A stretch of 64,000 bases of DNA from Octopus bimaculoides (GCF_001194135.2 NC_068994.1:8978496-9042495); one strand, 5' to 3'. Numbered from the stretch's first letter, positions 14,663 to 28,779 are shown. Program-made: numbers and translations. Notes: generated by a model not told the origin, from the sequence alone.

Positions 14663-15903
14663 NNNNNNNNNNNNNNNNNNNNNNNNNNNNNNNNNNNNNN
14701 NNNNNNNNNNNNNNNNNNNNNNNNNNNNNNNNNNNNNNNNNNNNNNNNNNNNNNNNNNNNNNNNNNNNNNNNNNNNNNNNNNNNNNNNNNNNNNNNNNNN
14801 NNNNNNNNNNNNNNNNNNNNNNNNNNNNNNNNNNNNNNNNNNNNNNNNNNNNNNNNNNNNNNNNNNNNNNNNNNNNNNNNNNNNNNNNNNNNNNNNNNNN
14901 NNNNNNNNNNNNNNNNNNNNNNNNNNNNNNNNNNNNNNNNNNNNNNNNNNNNNNNNNNNNNNNNNNNNNNNNNNNNNNNNNNNNNNNNNNNNNNNNNNNN
15001 NNNNNNNNNNNNNNNNNNNNNNNNNNNNNNNNNNNNNNNNNNNNNNNNNNNNNNNNNNNNNNNNNNNNNNATATATATATATATATATACACATATACAT
15101 ATGTGTGCTTGCGTTTGTATGTATGTGCCTGTTTGTGCGTCTATGTATGCATGTATGTATGTACCTATATGTAGCTAAATATCGAACTACATATTTAAAT
15201 GTGTGTATGTAATACGGCTAGATATATTTCATTGCAATACACACACACATATACACACAAGTACGTGAACACTTACACACACGTGCACACATAAACACAC
15301 ACACACACATGCACACTCACTCACTCCTCACTCACTCACTCACTCACTCACTCACTCACTCACTCACACACTCACTCACATAAATTTACACAGAAATACA
15401 TATGAACGGCAGTGTATTCATTTCGATGTAAAAATGATCAGATTGTCAGAGACAAAACGTTAAAAAATGTTCTCTGAAGATTACAGATATCAAACGTATA
15501 AATGATTTTCAAGAATGTTCCGAACGTCAGCAAGACCTTTGAATTTATATAAGACGCCAATTTATTTCACAGTAAAACGAAAAGGAATATTAATGGAATA
15601 ACTTTTTTCTGCATTTGATACTTGTTTTTACATTTGTTATTGGATTTTATTAGTAAAATTTCTTTTTCTCTTAATCTAGTATTGTATTTTATGCATCCTG
15701 CAATCATTTGCATAGGATATATGATTTGACGCATACGAAATAGGTGAGCAGTGTTGTAAGAATGCGTGCGTCTTTCCAGCCATTGAATTTCTCTTCCCAT
15801 TTCAATCGATAATCTACCCGAAAAACTTCTGATAACGTCTTTAAAGAATTATAGTTTGGAACTCAACACCTCCTCAAAAACTCTTCCTTTCAGCAGCTTC
15901 GAC

Positions 15904-15981
<78 letters not shown>

Positions 15982-18900
15982 TACGTACATACATATACAT
16001 ATATATATATATATATATATACATATGTATATACATATATATACATAGGTACATGCAGAAATAAACACACACACATATACACTTACGCACACACACGCAC
16101 ACACACATACACACATACATATATATGATTGGTACTTGTGGTAGCTGTCGCACTAGAGTGCAGTTAATATATAATGGGTTGTAATCGAAGTTTATCATAG
16201 GAGTTAACAGGAATCTTGTACATACACGCACACCTAGATGTATATATATATGCGAATACATCTCCACTGCAATGTGTGTGTGTGTATGTGTAATCGCACC
16301 ACCATGTACATCACACACCACACAAACATACATACATATATATATAAATATATATATAATGTCTCTACAGGGAACTGATGCGAAAGACACGAACAAGGAT
16401 ATATGCATGTTAAAAATATATAAAACTGTAGCCTGAGAGAAAGTTAGTTTCCAAAGTCTTTCTTTTCGTTTTAGACAACCAATTGCATATGATGTATAAG
16501 TGAAAAGAAACACTCGCATGTTTAATGAGTTTAGACAAGAGACTATGCGAAAGCATGCGATAGCATACATTTGACAACAAATTCTGTTCAGTACTGCTGC
16601 GAAACGTCAACTCGGATATGGTATCTGTAAACGTGAAAATTGATAATGAAATTACTGAGTGAAATCCACCAAGGTAGATAACAAACGTAGCCCATCAAGT
16701 GTTTCTATGAGACAAAATTACATTAAAGTCATGTATAATCTCTATCCGCTTCTCTCTCGTTTTCATAGGGTATTATATTCGAAACTATTTCATCCAGTAC
16801 ATTCGATATATTTTCAAGACGACAGGAAGCTATTCGACTGAGATCGAGTTGAATCGCAGATCCGAATGCAGTAACGTCATATATATATATNNNNNNNNNN
16901 NNNNNNNNNNNNNNNNNNNNNNNNNNNNNNNNNNNNNNNNNNNNNNNNNNNNNNNNNNNNNNNNNNNNNNNNNNNNNNNNNNNNNNNNNNNNNNNNNNNN
17001 NNNNNNNNNNNNNNNNNNNNNNNNNNNNNNNNNNNNNNNNNNNNNNNNNNNNNNNNNNNNNNNNNNNNNNNNNNNNNNNNNNNNNNNNNNNNNNNNNNNN
17101 NNNNNNNNNNNNNNNNNNNNNNNNNNNNNNNNNNNNNNNNNNNNNNNNNNNNNNNNNNNNNNNNNNNNNNNNNNNNNNNNNNNNNNNNNNNNNNNNNNNN
17201 NNNNNNNNNNNNNNNNNNNNNNNNNNNNNNNNNNNNNNNNNNNNNNNNNNNNNNNNNNNNNNNNNNNNNNNNNNNNNNNNNNNNNNNNNNNNNNNNNNNN
17301 NNNNNNNNNNNNNNNNNNNNNNNNNNNNNNNNNNNNNNNNNNNNNNNNNNNNNNNNNNNNNNNNNNNNNNNNNNNNNNNNNNNNNNNNNNNNNNNNNNNN
17401 NNNNNNNNNNNNNNNNNNNNNNNNNNNNNNNNNNNNNNNNNNNNNNNNNNNNNNNNNNNNNNNNNNNNNNNNNNNNNNNNNNNNNNNNNNNNNNNNNNNN
17501 NNNNNNNNNNNNNNNNNNNNNNNNNNNNNNNNNNNNNNNNNNNNTATATATATATATATATATATATTGATAATAGTAATCGTTTCTTATTAGGAAACAA
17601 ATTAGCTTTTTACAGGACTGCAAAAAGAAGTGCTCAAGTTAGTTGAGACAGGGATAAAACATTATTAGTTATAGAATAAAAGCATTACATTTGGGTCAAC
17701 GACTCAACATACAACATACCCCTCATTACGTCCACCAAGTAGTCTATCATCTTGAAACTGTATCTCACCCCTCAATTTATAATGATTTACTGAAAGATAA
17801 TTGGCGACAAAAATGCAGTATTAATGTTTATGTCTGGTTTATGTGGCACATGTTCATTAATGTTTATTTCCTGGAAAATAGAGAAAGGTGTACGATCGAT
17901 GAAATATTTAAAATCAATTAGTTACGGTACCTTTACATGTTTCGAACGATGTCTTCACACGTACTCAATATACAGTTGTGAAAAGTTGCCATAATACTCA
18001 TAAATTTGTAGATGGAATCTTTCTTGTGTGAAGTGAAATAAAAACAATTAAAGTGAAACGAAACTATTTTATGCTGTATTCCTTATTTCTAAAGCTAATC
18101 GGAAATTGATGAAGGTGGTGGTACCAAGAGAATTTACGATATCTTAAGCATTCGCAGAACCAACTATATGCTTCCTTTCCCTCAGTACCTGTTACAGAAT
18201 GTGGATTGAATGAAAGGTGAATTCCACTGTGAGAATTTCGTGTTGCATCTTCTGTATTTAATGCCATTATCAGAATACAAATCTCTCTAAAGTTTTTACA
18301 TTAGACACTAATAACTGATGAACATTAAATTATCCGAAATTGATTCAAGCCATGGAAATGACTGCAAAAATATTAATGTTGTTTACCCTCGAGGAAAGAT
18401 AACTGCACATTTAATTAATGAAACTTGTGATAATGAAATAAGGGCTAGAATATTTAAATTTGAGTGTTGGATATTTCTAGTGGATCTGAATATTAAGATA
18501 AAACAAGAGATTTATTTTTACTGATGATGAATTATTTCTAAACGAAAAGCATTGCACCCGGAGGTATCTCATTATTATAGAATATCTCCGACGTCTATCA
18601 TTGTATTAGATGTTCATTTCCAGTCCATTTTACTAGAATTCAGTCTAAATGATTCTCATGAGCAATGGAAGATTTATTCGTTTAAGAGCAGATAATTTCG
18701 AAATCCCTGCAGACAACATTTCTGAATACTGATAGAGGATGGATCTCATAATTCAAAATAGGATTTGTTGTCCAATTTTATGACTAATTTATTTAACTGG
18801 CATTCTACATTCACCAGCATGCAATAAAAAAAAACAAGAACATATTTTAGATAATGAACTATGTCAAACAAAGAAACGTTAATTCTTTCAAAGCGGGGAT

Positions 18901-19139
18901 GATGATAAATAGATTATTTGTTGCAAACTAATCTATTATTTCAAATGATAAGGAGTGTGCTGCTTGGGACCTCGGAAAAGAATGAAACGAAGTATGAATG
19001 ATTGACAAGGAAGAAAGAGCTCTAAACAAAAGCACATTTAGGAAGATTTACAAACCGAAAAGCGGATCGCATTCTCTTTGAAATGGAAAGAGAACAAAGG
19101 GGGAAGTAATTATAGGAATTTACGTACGAGTTAGACGTG

Positions 19140-19311
19140 GTTTGTTGTTTAAGAAGCCAGCTGTACAGACAGGTGGTACTGGGTTCAGTCTCATTGCGTG
19201 TTACCTTGAATAAATATCTTCCACTATAGCTCCAGCTCGACGATAGCCTTGTAAGTCAATCTGATTGACGGAAATTCTGTGTGTGACAGGCCATCGAATG
19301 TACATATATAT

Positions 19312-19377
<66 letters not shown>

Positions 19378-19380
19378 GTA
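19140..19380 (+). mobile_element. Diverged SINE E with internal (TA)/(CA) microsatellite
   Basis: gggttcagtctcattgcgtgttaccttgaataaatatcttccactatagc...gacggaaatt...gtgacaggccatcg followed by the microsatellite. Confidence 0.6.
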
Positions 19381-19544
19381 TATATAACAATTGCAGCGCG
19401 GAAGGTGTTTATAAGCCATTTAAAATAACACACAAAGACCGTTAGAATCACTTCAACATTTAAATTTAATTTGTCAAAGTATTTTCGCCGCTTTGAGAAC
19501 GCGACCTGTTCACTGACAAAATTCTGTGCTGCATCTCAGAATTA

Positions 19545-19576
<32 letters not shown>

Positions 19577-20485
19577 CAATTATATATATATATATATACA
19601 TATATGTATACATATATGCATATATAAGTTCATACACATATACATATGAACATATACATATACACATGTCGTATACACCTGCACACATTTATATATGTTG
19701 TTTATGTGTAATCAGCCGCACTTTCATCGTTGTAAAGACAGGATATCACCAATATAACAATATTGCAGAATTGAGCGACCAATGTAAACATGACGTTCAA
19801 CTGTTTCTAAGAATTCAGTGTACGGGAAATTAACTTGCATATAACAACACCTAATTTCCGAATGATAAAGTCACAATGATATACGAAACATCTAGACCTA
19901 TGTTTAGAGCATATTACCACTATGCGATATCCAGCGCTGTCAAGCTTAGTTATGTAAAGTAATAGCCATTGCAATAAGCCGGTATCTTGTTAATCTCATG
20001 GTTAGTGCTGCAATGTAATCGGATCAGTAGAGGTTTGTACAAAATATCAACAACAACAACAACGACAAAAACATTCATAACTGGCAACGAAGGCTACAAC
20101 TAACACAACAACAACTCGTAACGTAGTACGTTATCTCCTCCCTGCACATTACGTATACCACACACCCTTTTCTGAGAACTGTGTGTAGGTTGTCATTATA
20201 TCAGATATAATCAATATGAAATCGTAGATCCTATTTGGTAACATATCATTTTAGAGTCTGAAGGAAAGCGTAATATTCCATTGGGTAATTGGTCTCAGCA
20301 TCTTAAAATGGACATATAGCAGATACTAGAAACGTAAATGTTTGCGCAATACATTTCACAGATCCGCAGAAGATATGTGACGTTATATATTAATAAGAAT
20401 AAATATATTATCATATGTGTATGTATGTGTATGTATGTGTATGTATGTGAGTCGGTGTAAGCATATATATATATATATATATACG

Positions 20486-20752
20486 AATCTAATCAAATCA
20501 AATCAAATTTATTGTCAGGAGAAGAGCACAAGGTGCTTAAGCCATTAAAAGAAAACAAACAAGAACAAACAGTTATTGTTATATACAGATCTATACATAG
20601 TCGTCAAGGTTGACCAGAGTCTCTTTGAACAGGGGAGTGATAGGCATTTGAATGACATCTTGTGGTAGCTTGTTCCACGGGGCTGCGATACGGACGGAGA
20701 AGGCGCCGGGGTTAAAATTTACGATCATGTCCACGAAGCCCTCTATCCGTAC
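20486..20752 (-). mobile_element. 5'-truncated CR1/L2-like LINE 3' end
   Basis: Translates ...GAFSVRIAAPWNKLPQDVIQMPITPLFKETL, resembling the FS.R....WN.LP motif ending CR1/L2 ORF2. It is followed by AATAAA (20513-20508) and a (TTTGA)n tail. Confidence 0.75.
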
Positions 20753-20753
20753 A

Positions 20754-20801
<48 letters not shown>

Positions 20802-20838
20802 CACACATGTATGTATGCATATATATATTTTTTATTTA

Positions 20839-21020
20839 TGCGCCCTTTTAAAGCCTAGCCATGCTCAAGGGCCCGGTTTCCCGGTTTCTATGGCGTGTGT
20901 GTTTCCCCCCCCCCCCAGCTGGACTGGAAGCCAGTCCATCGCAGCCTTACTCAAGACACAGGACGAAAGAGTGAGAAAAAGTTGGTTGGGGCAAAAGAGG
21001 AGACGAGGGGTCGCCGGAGC
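20839..21020 (-). mobile_element. SINE D-related fragment with alternative 3' tail
   Basis: The body gaaagagtgagaaaaagttg is shared with 41150-41190, but the tail reads gcgatggactggcttccagtccagctgggg...gaaaccggg. Confidence 0.7.
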
Positions 21021-21087
21021 ATATTATAAGGTACCAACGACGGCCTCTTAAACGGAATATTTTCAGTGTCTTAATACTAGTTTCTCC
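20947..21087 (-). CDS. Candidate second exon of an unknown small protein (C-terminal half SINE-derived)
   Basis: Strong acceptor gtattcttccttttgattttacAG. Only the phase-0 frame is open (GETSIKTLKIFRLRGRRWYLIICSGDP...CLE*). A weak alternative donor lies at 21034. Confidence 0.25.
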   Translation of the reverse strand, partial: GETSIKTLKIFRLRGRRWYLIICSGDPSSPLLPQPTFSHSFVLCLE

Positions 21088-21192
21088 CTGTAAAATCAAA
21101 AGGAAGAATACAAATCGAATATCACGTCTGATCGATATTGGTCTCAAAATTTAATCTACTAAAGAACACGAAGAATAAGGTTTGAAACTTAC

Positions 21193-21417
21193 ATACAACC
21201 TAAATATGTGAGGCAGTTGTGGAAGCATTGACATCGAGAGTAGAAGTAAAGAAGAGACCGGTCTATAATGCATCACGAACAATGCAAAAACAAACAAAAG
21301 GATGCGCGTGCACATTGCAGTAGGGTGGCTTGTATTCAGAATAAAATGTTTGTGATCGTGTACTTCACTCATCACTGCGCTGTTCGATGCGCTAGGTATG
21401 TACCTATCCATGTTGAT
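21193..21417 (-). CDS. Candidate 225-nt exon of an unknown membrane or secreted protein
   Basis: Acceptor ctaatctaacattttacAG with a CTAAC branch point, donor TAT|GTAAGT, and 75 uninterrupted codons. ATG at 21411 and 21315; hydrophobic stretch ILLFVFALFV; 105-nt intron (21192-21088) in phase with the next exon. No homolog recognised. Confidence 0.4.
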
Positions 21418-22433
21418 CTGTAAAATGTTAGATTAGTGCCTCAGCGAGCCAATACACCAGGTAACGAAAATACTATTGATATGACTAGAGAGCAATTAGC
21501 TGGTAACGATAGCTTCTATTACTCCTGCGATTATATTGTTTACAACACGTCAATCATACCAACAAACCACGCCATATTGAACCACACAGTAATCTTTCCC
21601 TTCAAATTAAACTGAAACATACCACACGATGTACTTAACAACCCATACTACAGTACATTACACTTCAGTGAACACTAACGACATTTCGAAATGTAACTTC
21701 CGTTTAACAGCTCACATTCCAATCGACAATTGATTGCAATGGCCGGCCATCTTTGATTGCTATATCTTTGGGAGAAAACGTTGTTGTCTTTGCTTTTCCT
21801 TGAGTTATTTTGTTTTACTTGTAACTTGTTTATATAGTTTATTATTTTATTTTTTCTTTCCATCGTTCCTTTCATTTACATTAAACTAACGAGAAGAGAT
21901 AGAGTGCGGTTTGGCAGTAATCAGCGCTTACTAACAAGAACATTAGCATTTCTGTAACAAGGTTTTAATATGCAAGACTCAAGTTGTCATGTGCTTACAC
22001 ACATGACAAACACACGTTCATGCATACACACACACATTTCACAGTTACTCTCATGAATTTATATTGATACATGGACATACATAAACCATATTTTGTACAT
22101 GGAAATATGCGAGCAAATGCAAAATAAAAATAAAAAAAGGTTATCATGTTCAAAAGTTCGCTTTTTCAGCATTCATTATAGCCTTCTTATTCTTTCTCCT
22201 TATCCTACAAACATACATAAAGAAACAACACAGCAAGAAATTAAGACTGGCATTAATATATGCACACAAGCGAGGAAGCACATTCAAATACACAAGCAAC
22301 AATGTGACAAATCAAAGTTATATTTACGCTCATTCAGTTACTTAACCAGAGATGCCTTGCTTAGGTAAATGATTATTGCAGTTGTGCAGCCCATACCAAT
22401 GGGACATCATAAGCTATTGGCTTATCTATATAT

Positions 22434-22481
<48 letters not shown>

Positions 22482-23604
22482 NNNNNNNNNNNNNNNNNNN
22501 NNNNNNNNNNNNNNNNNNNNNNNNNNNNNNNNNNNNNNNNNNNNNNNNNNNNNNNNNNNNNNNNNNNNNNNNNNNNNNNNNNNNNNNNNNNNNNNNNNNN
22601 NNNNNNNNNNNNNNNNNNNNNNNNNNNNNNNNNNNNNNNNNNNNNNNNNNNNNNNNNNNNNNNNNNNNNNNNNNNNNNNNNNNNNNNNNNNNNNNNNNNN
22701 NNNNNNNNNNNNNNNNNNNNNNNNNNNNNNNNNNNNNNNNNNNNNNNNNNNNNNNNNNNNNNNNNNNNNNNNNNNNNNNNNNNNNNNNNNNNNNNNNNNN
22801 NNNNNNNNNNNNNNNNNNNNNNNNNNNNNNNNNNNNNNNNNNNNNNNNNNNTCCAACACTGTCTGTTTTTTATGTTTTATTTATATTCCTGCAGAACTAA
22901 TGTGGGGTATAGAATATGGAATATACAATATATAATATGATATACAATATACAATATAAAATAAAATAAAATAAAAATGGATGGCACCATGAAAGAAAGT
23001 ATTGAATGTAGATGAAATATTGAGTGTTCAATATAAAGGATCAAATATATAAATATATAAATATAAATATATATATATAAAGGCGACTCGAGTTTCAGGG
23101 CTATTTCCCTTCGTCATGGCCGGTATATGTATATATATATACGCATATAAGTATATGTGTTTATATATGTGTGTTTGTATAAATATAACTATATGTATAT
23201 ATACATTTATACACATATGTACACTTAATCGGTAATTGCAGTTTATTTCTGGTGATCAGCCTTAATGCCTATGTGACAATAACGAGACAAAAATAACAAG
23301 GTCGTCTGCAAAGAATGTAAACAAGGTGTAAAGCGTTTAATGGATTTAGTGGGATATGCATTGATGTTTCTATATCCATGTGTATGTTTGTGTGTATGTG
23401 TGTGTGTGTTTGTGTGAGCCTGTCTGTCTGTCTGACACTACTGGTTTGATATTCTAAATGATCCCATAGGCCGGGCGCATAAAATAGTTATTTGGTATAT
23501 GAGGCAGAGGAAATGAGATGGGCATTTAAAATCAGATATTTGAGAAAGAAACAACGACGACGGGTACAGCGAGAGAGTAATAACGATGAAGAAAGGCAGA
23601 CAAA

Positions 23605-23627
23605 GGATAGATAGATAGACAGATAGG

Positions 23628-23677
<50 letters not shown>

Positions 23678-23903
23678 TATAGATAGGTGAACAGAGAATG
23701 AGATAAAGAGAGTAATGATCAAGAGAAAAGATAGGAGAACGTATGTGCGACTGCGCAGGGAAAATTGTAGATTGATCATGTAAAAAGATACAGAAAGTAA
23801 AGAATGTCCTTGAAATGTGGACATTTGATGTGATTAGAGAGAGAGAGAGAGAGAGAGAGAGGGAGTGAGAGAGAGGGAGAGAGAATGAGAGAGAGAGAGA
23901 GAG
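23605..23903. repeat. (GATA)n and (GA)n microsatellites
   Basis: Seen directly. Confidence 0.9.
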
Positions 23904-24700
23904 AAGGAAAGCTAGATATATATTAAGATATAAATGGAGGTTATCCATGACTGACGTGAAAGGCAGTGTGATAGAAAGAAAGAAACAAAATGATAGAGAG
24001 GCAGAAATCTGTCGAGACTGTTATTGTGAAATACGCGTAATTTAGAAATAAATACTATGAGATTAAGAAAAGAGTAGACGTTGAATAGGAATGGTTGGAT
24101 ATGAATAAAATGCTGTCTGTGTAAGAGAATAATAACGGTGTTATGTGAGCTGGAGAGAAGAAGATATTACTGAGCCATATATTAGAGTTAATGTGTATGA
24201 GCGTACGTGTTGGCGGAGAGTTTTGCATGTGTGTCTTTGCGAATCAAGGTAGGAATAGTTGCATTGTGCAGATAGATAGATAGATAGATACATAGATAGA
24301 TAGATATATGAGTTTACGATGAATATGTGTGTATTTGTATGTGTGTCTGGGTGAGTGCGTATGTATGTATATCATAAACTCTTTTCCATTCAAGCGAGGT
24401 TCGTAAGAAACTATGAAAGATATATATTTCCAAGCAAGGCAATATATCATTCTGTTTTGATGGGATTTTCACAAGCATTGGACAAGGACCAGATCATATG
24501 CAAACACTGGCACACACTCACACATACATGCAGGAATAAATATAAATATACGCAATCTCTGTTCTCCAAATCCTCACCTACAATTTTGTTGGCACCCGGT
24601 TATAGTCGAAGGTAATTAACACTGTTACAATACATTTCGACTGAAAACGAATTCAGACATCCACAGCTTGACCTTTTTTAACTACGTACCCTAGCGCCAC

Positions 24701-26165
24701 CTATATATAAAATTGGCTCATTGAAAAAATTGGTTCTTTGAAATGCTGCAAAATATTCTCTACTGAAAAACATTTTATATTCTTCAGTATATTAATATTC
24801 TCTGGCAAACGGTGGATGAGCTTTTTATAAAGGCAGAGTAAACATTGTTGTGCTCTTTTGAGAATATTATTTTCTTCGGCGGCTGTTACAGTCTTCTTGA
24901 TAATCATTTCTGCTATCTTTCTCTCAAACCTGTAGCCTAAAAAATATGGTTTAGGAACCAGAATTTTTTTCAATAGAAGCATCAGGATCAAGAGGATCAA
25001 TTCTACATGTTAGCAACACTATCGTATTAGCAACGGATTTGATCAAATTTGAAGGATCTTCAAGTAATTTTGTTTTGTCGAAAGTGTTTGATTCAAAGAG
25101 TTTATTCATTTCTTGAACATGTTTTAAAATTGGATGCAAAAATAAAAGGTAAAGTTCATTCCTAGAATCACAAAACATTTCATGTAAGATTTGTGCTGCA
25201 AATCATTTTTCTTTTGTAGTTGTAGTTTGGAAGTGAGTTTGCGATTCAAACCATTGGCTTAGAATTCTATTTACAGCTAGTTCTATTGAAAGCCACCTAG
25301 TTGTACAAGAATTCACAATCTTCAAAGGCACTTTAACATTGATAGTAAGGTAAAGTTGTCTGTAGGCACTTTGTCTTGTTGAAGAATGAGGAACCATTTA
25401 CAGGTTTCGGTTACTAAAAATTCTAAATTTATGGGCAGGCATTCAATACAATTGTGGGATACTGCCAACTGTATGATATACACATCTGAATAGAAGTAAT
25501 GGCGGAACTTCTTTTAATTTCTGGAAAACACCATTGTTGAACCCTATCGTTACTCTTGCATTGTCAGTTCCTGTAGCCAGTAAATTTTTTATATCGAATT
25601 TCTTTTTCACTAAATCAATTTCTAAGGCATCTACAAGGTTTCTAAAGATACCATAGTGAGATATGTTTGTACAACTTTTTTGTGAGTGTCACTGCAATAT
25701 GTGATAACAATTGCTAGCAACTCGTTTATTGATATATCATTGGATTCATCTAATAACAGGCTAAATCTTCTATCTCCTATATCGGAAATCAAATCTCCAT
25801 CAAAATATGGAGCTAGAACATTTCTCACAATATTTGCACATTTTGTACGATGCAACTTCACTTTGGACATAATGTCACTATCAGATATATAATTCTTACA
25901 TAACTCCATTAAGTGATCACAGCTATGCTATTAAAGGATGAGTGGCAACAAATAAACATTGCTAAATTTGCTTCGAGCATAGATGTCTTAACTTTTTGCT
26001 TTTAATAAACCTGGTATGAGGAATCATTTGCTGTGGAGTTGATGCCTTATGTTTCTTTGATTCACTGTGCCTTACTAAACGACAATATTTTGCCAACATA
26101 TTATATCTACAATATTTCCAAGGTGCTTTAGATTGGTCACTAGGTACTTCACACAACCACTTAGT
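24701..26165 (-). pseudogene. Decayed hAT-superfamily transposase (multiple frameshifts, 3' truncated)
   Basis: Fragments in order: WLCEVP...KYC...RHSESKKH (BED-finger remnant), KLHRTKCANIVRNVLAP, FSLLLDESNDIS (first catalytic D), GTDNARV..G.NNGV (second D), CVYH (CxxH), CTTRWLSIE. No C-terminal dimerisation domain seen. Confidence 0.9.
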
Positions 26166-27083
26166 TGCTCATTATAATGTAGTAGGAAGCAAAAAATAAT
26201 TGAATGATTAATAAAAGTATAAAATTGAAAACACAACTTAACAGTTTGCCACTCACAATTCTTTCATTTGCCGTTCAGAATTCATATGTTTGCTGCTTAC
26301 ACATTTTTGAGGTGAAGAATACTGATTCGGAATGCAGGGTAACCAACTTATAAATGGAAAAGTAAAATCTGCAGAAATCCCAAAACTGTGTACTGATATA
26401 AACCTGGGAGTATCATATTTCGCTTCCAATCTTACATTTAATATCTATTGGTAAAACCACAAATATAACTACAATATTGAAAAAAAAAGTAAGTAGAAAC
26501 ACTTTATATTCTATATAAGGTATATAATCCAACACAAGCATGAAAAAGCAAAGGCCTATTTTAAAACAGTCAAACTGAAAGTAAATCAGTCAACCTGTCA
26601 TAATAAAAATCACTACAGAATAAAGCATTGTTAGGGCGAATTTCCATGCTTGTATTCTTTGCAACATATTTACATTATTGTGTAGGGAGTTCAGGTGCTC
26701 ACATGAGTTATTTTATCCCCCCCCCCTACCAACACCAATCTATATCGAAGCCGGTGGTGGAGGTCGGGGCTGGAACAGTTCATAACTTGATAAATTTCCG
26801 TTTGATAAACTTTCATTTGAAGTTTCATGAAAGTGAAAGAAAAATTCAACAATGGCCTATAGAACAAAAAATTTGGCAGTAAGATACGTTAAGGAAATTA
26901 CAAAAGGAGGAAAAAAAAGCAAAAAAGGGTAACTATTGTCGAAATGTCATGATCAGAAAAAAATGGTAAATAAAATTCAAACTTGTTATTTTCCCTGATA
27001 AATGACAGATTCAAAAATTATCTCCTAACTGCTGAAAAAAATTATTAGAACTAGCATAAATATGCAAAATTCCCAATCCTTTC

Positions 27084-27126
<43 letters not shown>

Positions 27127-27181
27127 TATATATATATATGAATATACATATACACAGACACACACAAACACACACACACGC

Positions 27182-27259
<78 letters not shown>

Positions 27260-27791
27260 GTGTATGTGTGTGAATGTACACTTACAAACACATATGCAGA
27301 TAGATCTAGATGCCGTTTCACTCCTGTACTGGGATGGTTCTTAGGAATGTCGTGCTATTGGAATCTCGCTGTAGTTCAAGACAAAAATGATCTCAGTAAT
27401 TATGTTATGTAACTTATTCTGCTGGTCTTTTAGTTTCAGCTGGTAAGTTACGGATCACAAACAAAACAGCACAGATTGCCAGCAATGCGGAGATAGATAT
27501 ACACATCTATATAAACGTATAACTAGATTCTTAGACAACAGGACACTTGCACAAGCACTTGCAGAGATGCCAGCGACTGTATGATGTATATAATTTAAAA
27601 CACTATATGTGTGTTTGTTAGTGCGTTTTACGTTTACATTGTATATTAGAATTGTCTAGAACTGACAGAAAACACTGATAGAACATATAGGGACGACGTG
27701 ACAGACCCATCGAATTATATGAGGAAGCAGATATACATTAAAATCGGAGTTTATTTCTCACAGAAACAACAAAGTTCATCTATATGTATGT

Positions 27792-27833
<42 letters not shown>

Positions 27834-28699
27834 NNNNNNNNNNNNNNNNNNNNNNNNNNNNNNNNNNNNNNNNNNNNNNNNNNNNNNNNNNNNNNNNNNN
27901 NNNNNNNNNNNNNNNNNNNNNNNNNNNNNNNNNNNNNNNNNNNNNNNNNNNNNNNNNNNNNNNNNNNNNNNNNNNNNNNNNNNNNNNNNNNNNNNNNNNN
28001 NNNNNNNNNNNNNNNNNNNNNNNNNNNNNNNNNNNNNNNNNNNNNNNNNNNNNNNNNNNNNNNNNNNNNNNNNNNNNNNNNNNNNNNNNNNNNNNNNNNN
28101 NNNNNNNNNNNNNNNNNNNNNNNNNNNNNNNNNNNNNNNNNNNNNNNNNNNNNNNNNNNNNNNNNNNNNNNNNNNNNNNNNNNNNNNNNNNNNNNNNNNN
28201 NNNNNNNNNNNNNNNNNNNNNNNNNNNNNNNNNNNNNNNNNNNNNNNNNNNNNNNNNNNNNNNNNNNNNNNNNNNNNNNNNNNNNNNNNNNNNNNNNNNN
28301 NNNNNNNNNNNNNNNNNNNNNNNNNNNNNNNNNNNNNNNNNNNNNNNNNNNNNNNNNNNNNNNNNNNNNNNNNNNNNNNNNNNNNNNNNNNNNNNNNNNN
28401 NNNNNNNNNNNNNNNNNNNNNNNNNNNNNNNNNNNNNNNNNNNNNNNNNNNNNNNNNNNNNNNNNNNNNNNNNNNNNNNNNNNNNNNNNNNNNNNNNNNN
28501 NNNNNNNNNNNNNNNNNNNNNNNNNNNNNNNNNNNNNNNNNNNNNNNNNNNNNNNNNNNNNNNNNNNNNNNNNNNNNNNNNNNNNNNNNNNNNNNNNNNN
28601 NNNNNNNNNNNNNNNNNNNNNNNNNNNNNNNNNNNNNNNNNNNNNNNNNNNNNNNNNNNNNNNNNNNNNNNNNNNNNNNNNNNNNNNNNNNNNNNNNNN

Positions 28700-28779
<80 letters not shown>

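Noticed and set aside
24691-24706. CTCF-like word tagcgccacct
   Set aside because: Only a partial motif match, with no supporting context.
24586-26348. TIR-like words gttggcacccgg (24587) and cagggtaaccaac (26335) around the hAT relic
   Set aside because: They face outward relative to the transposase and no 8-bp TSD is seen, so the element ends are undefined.
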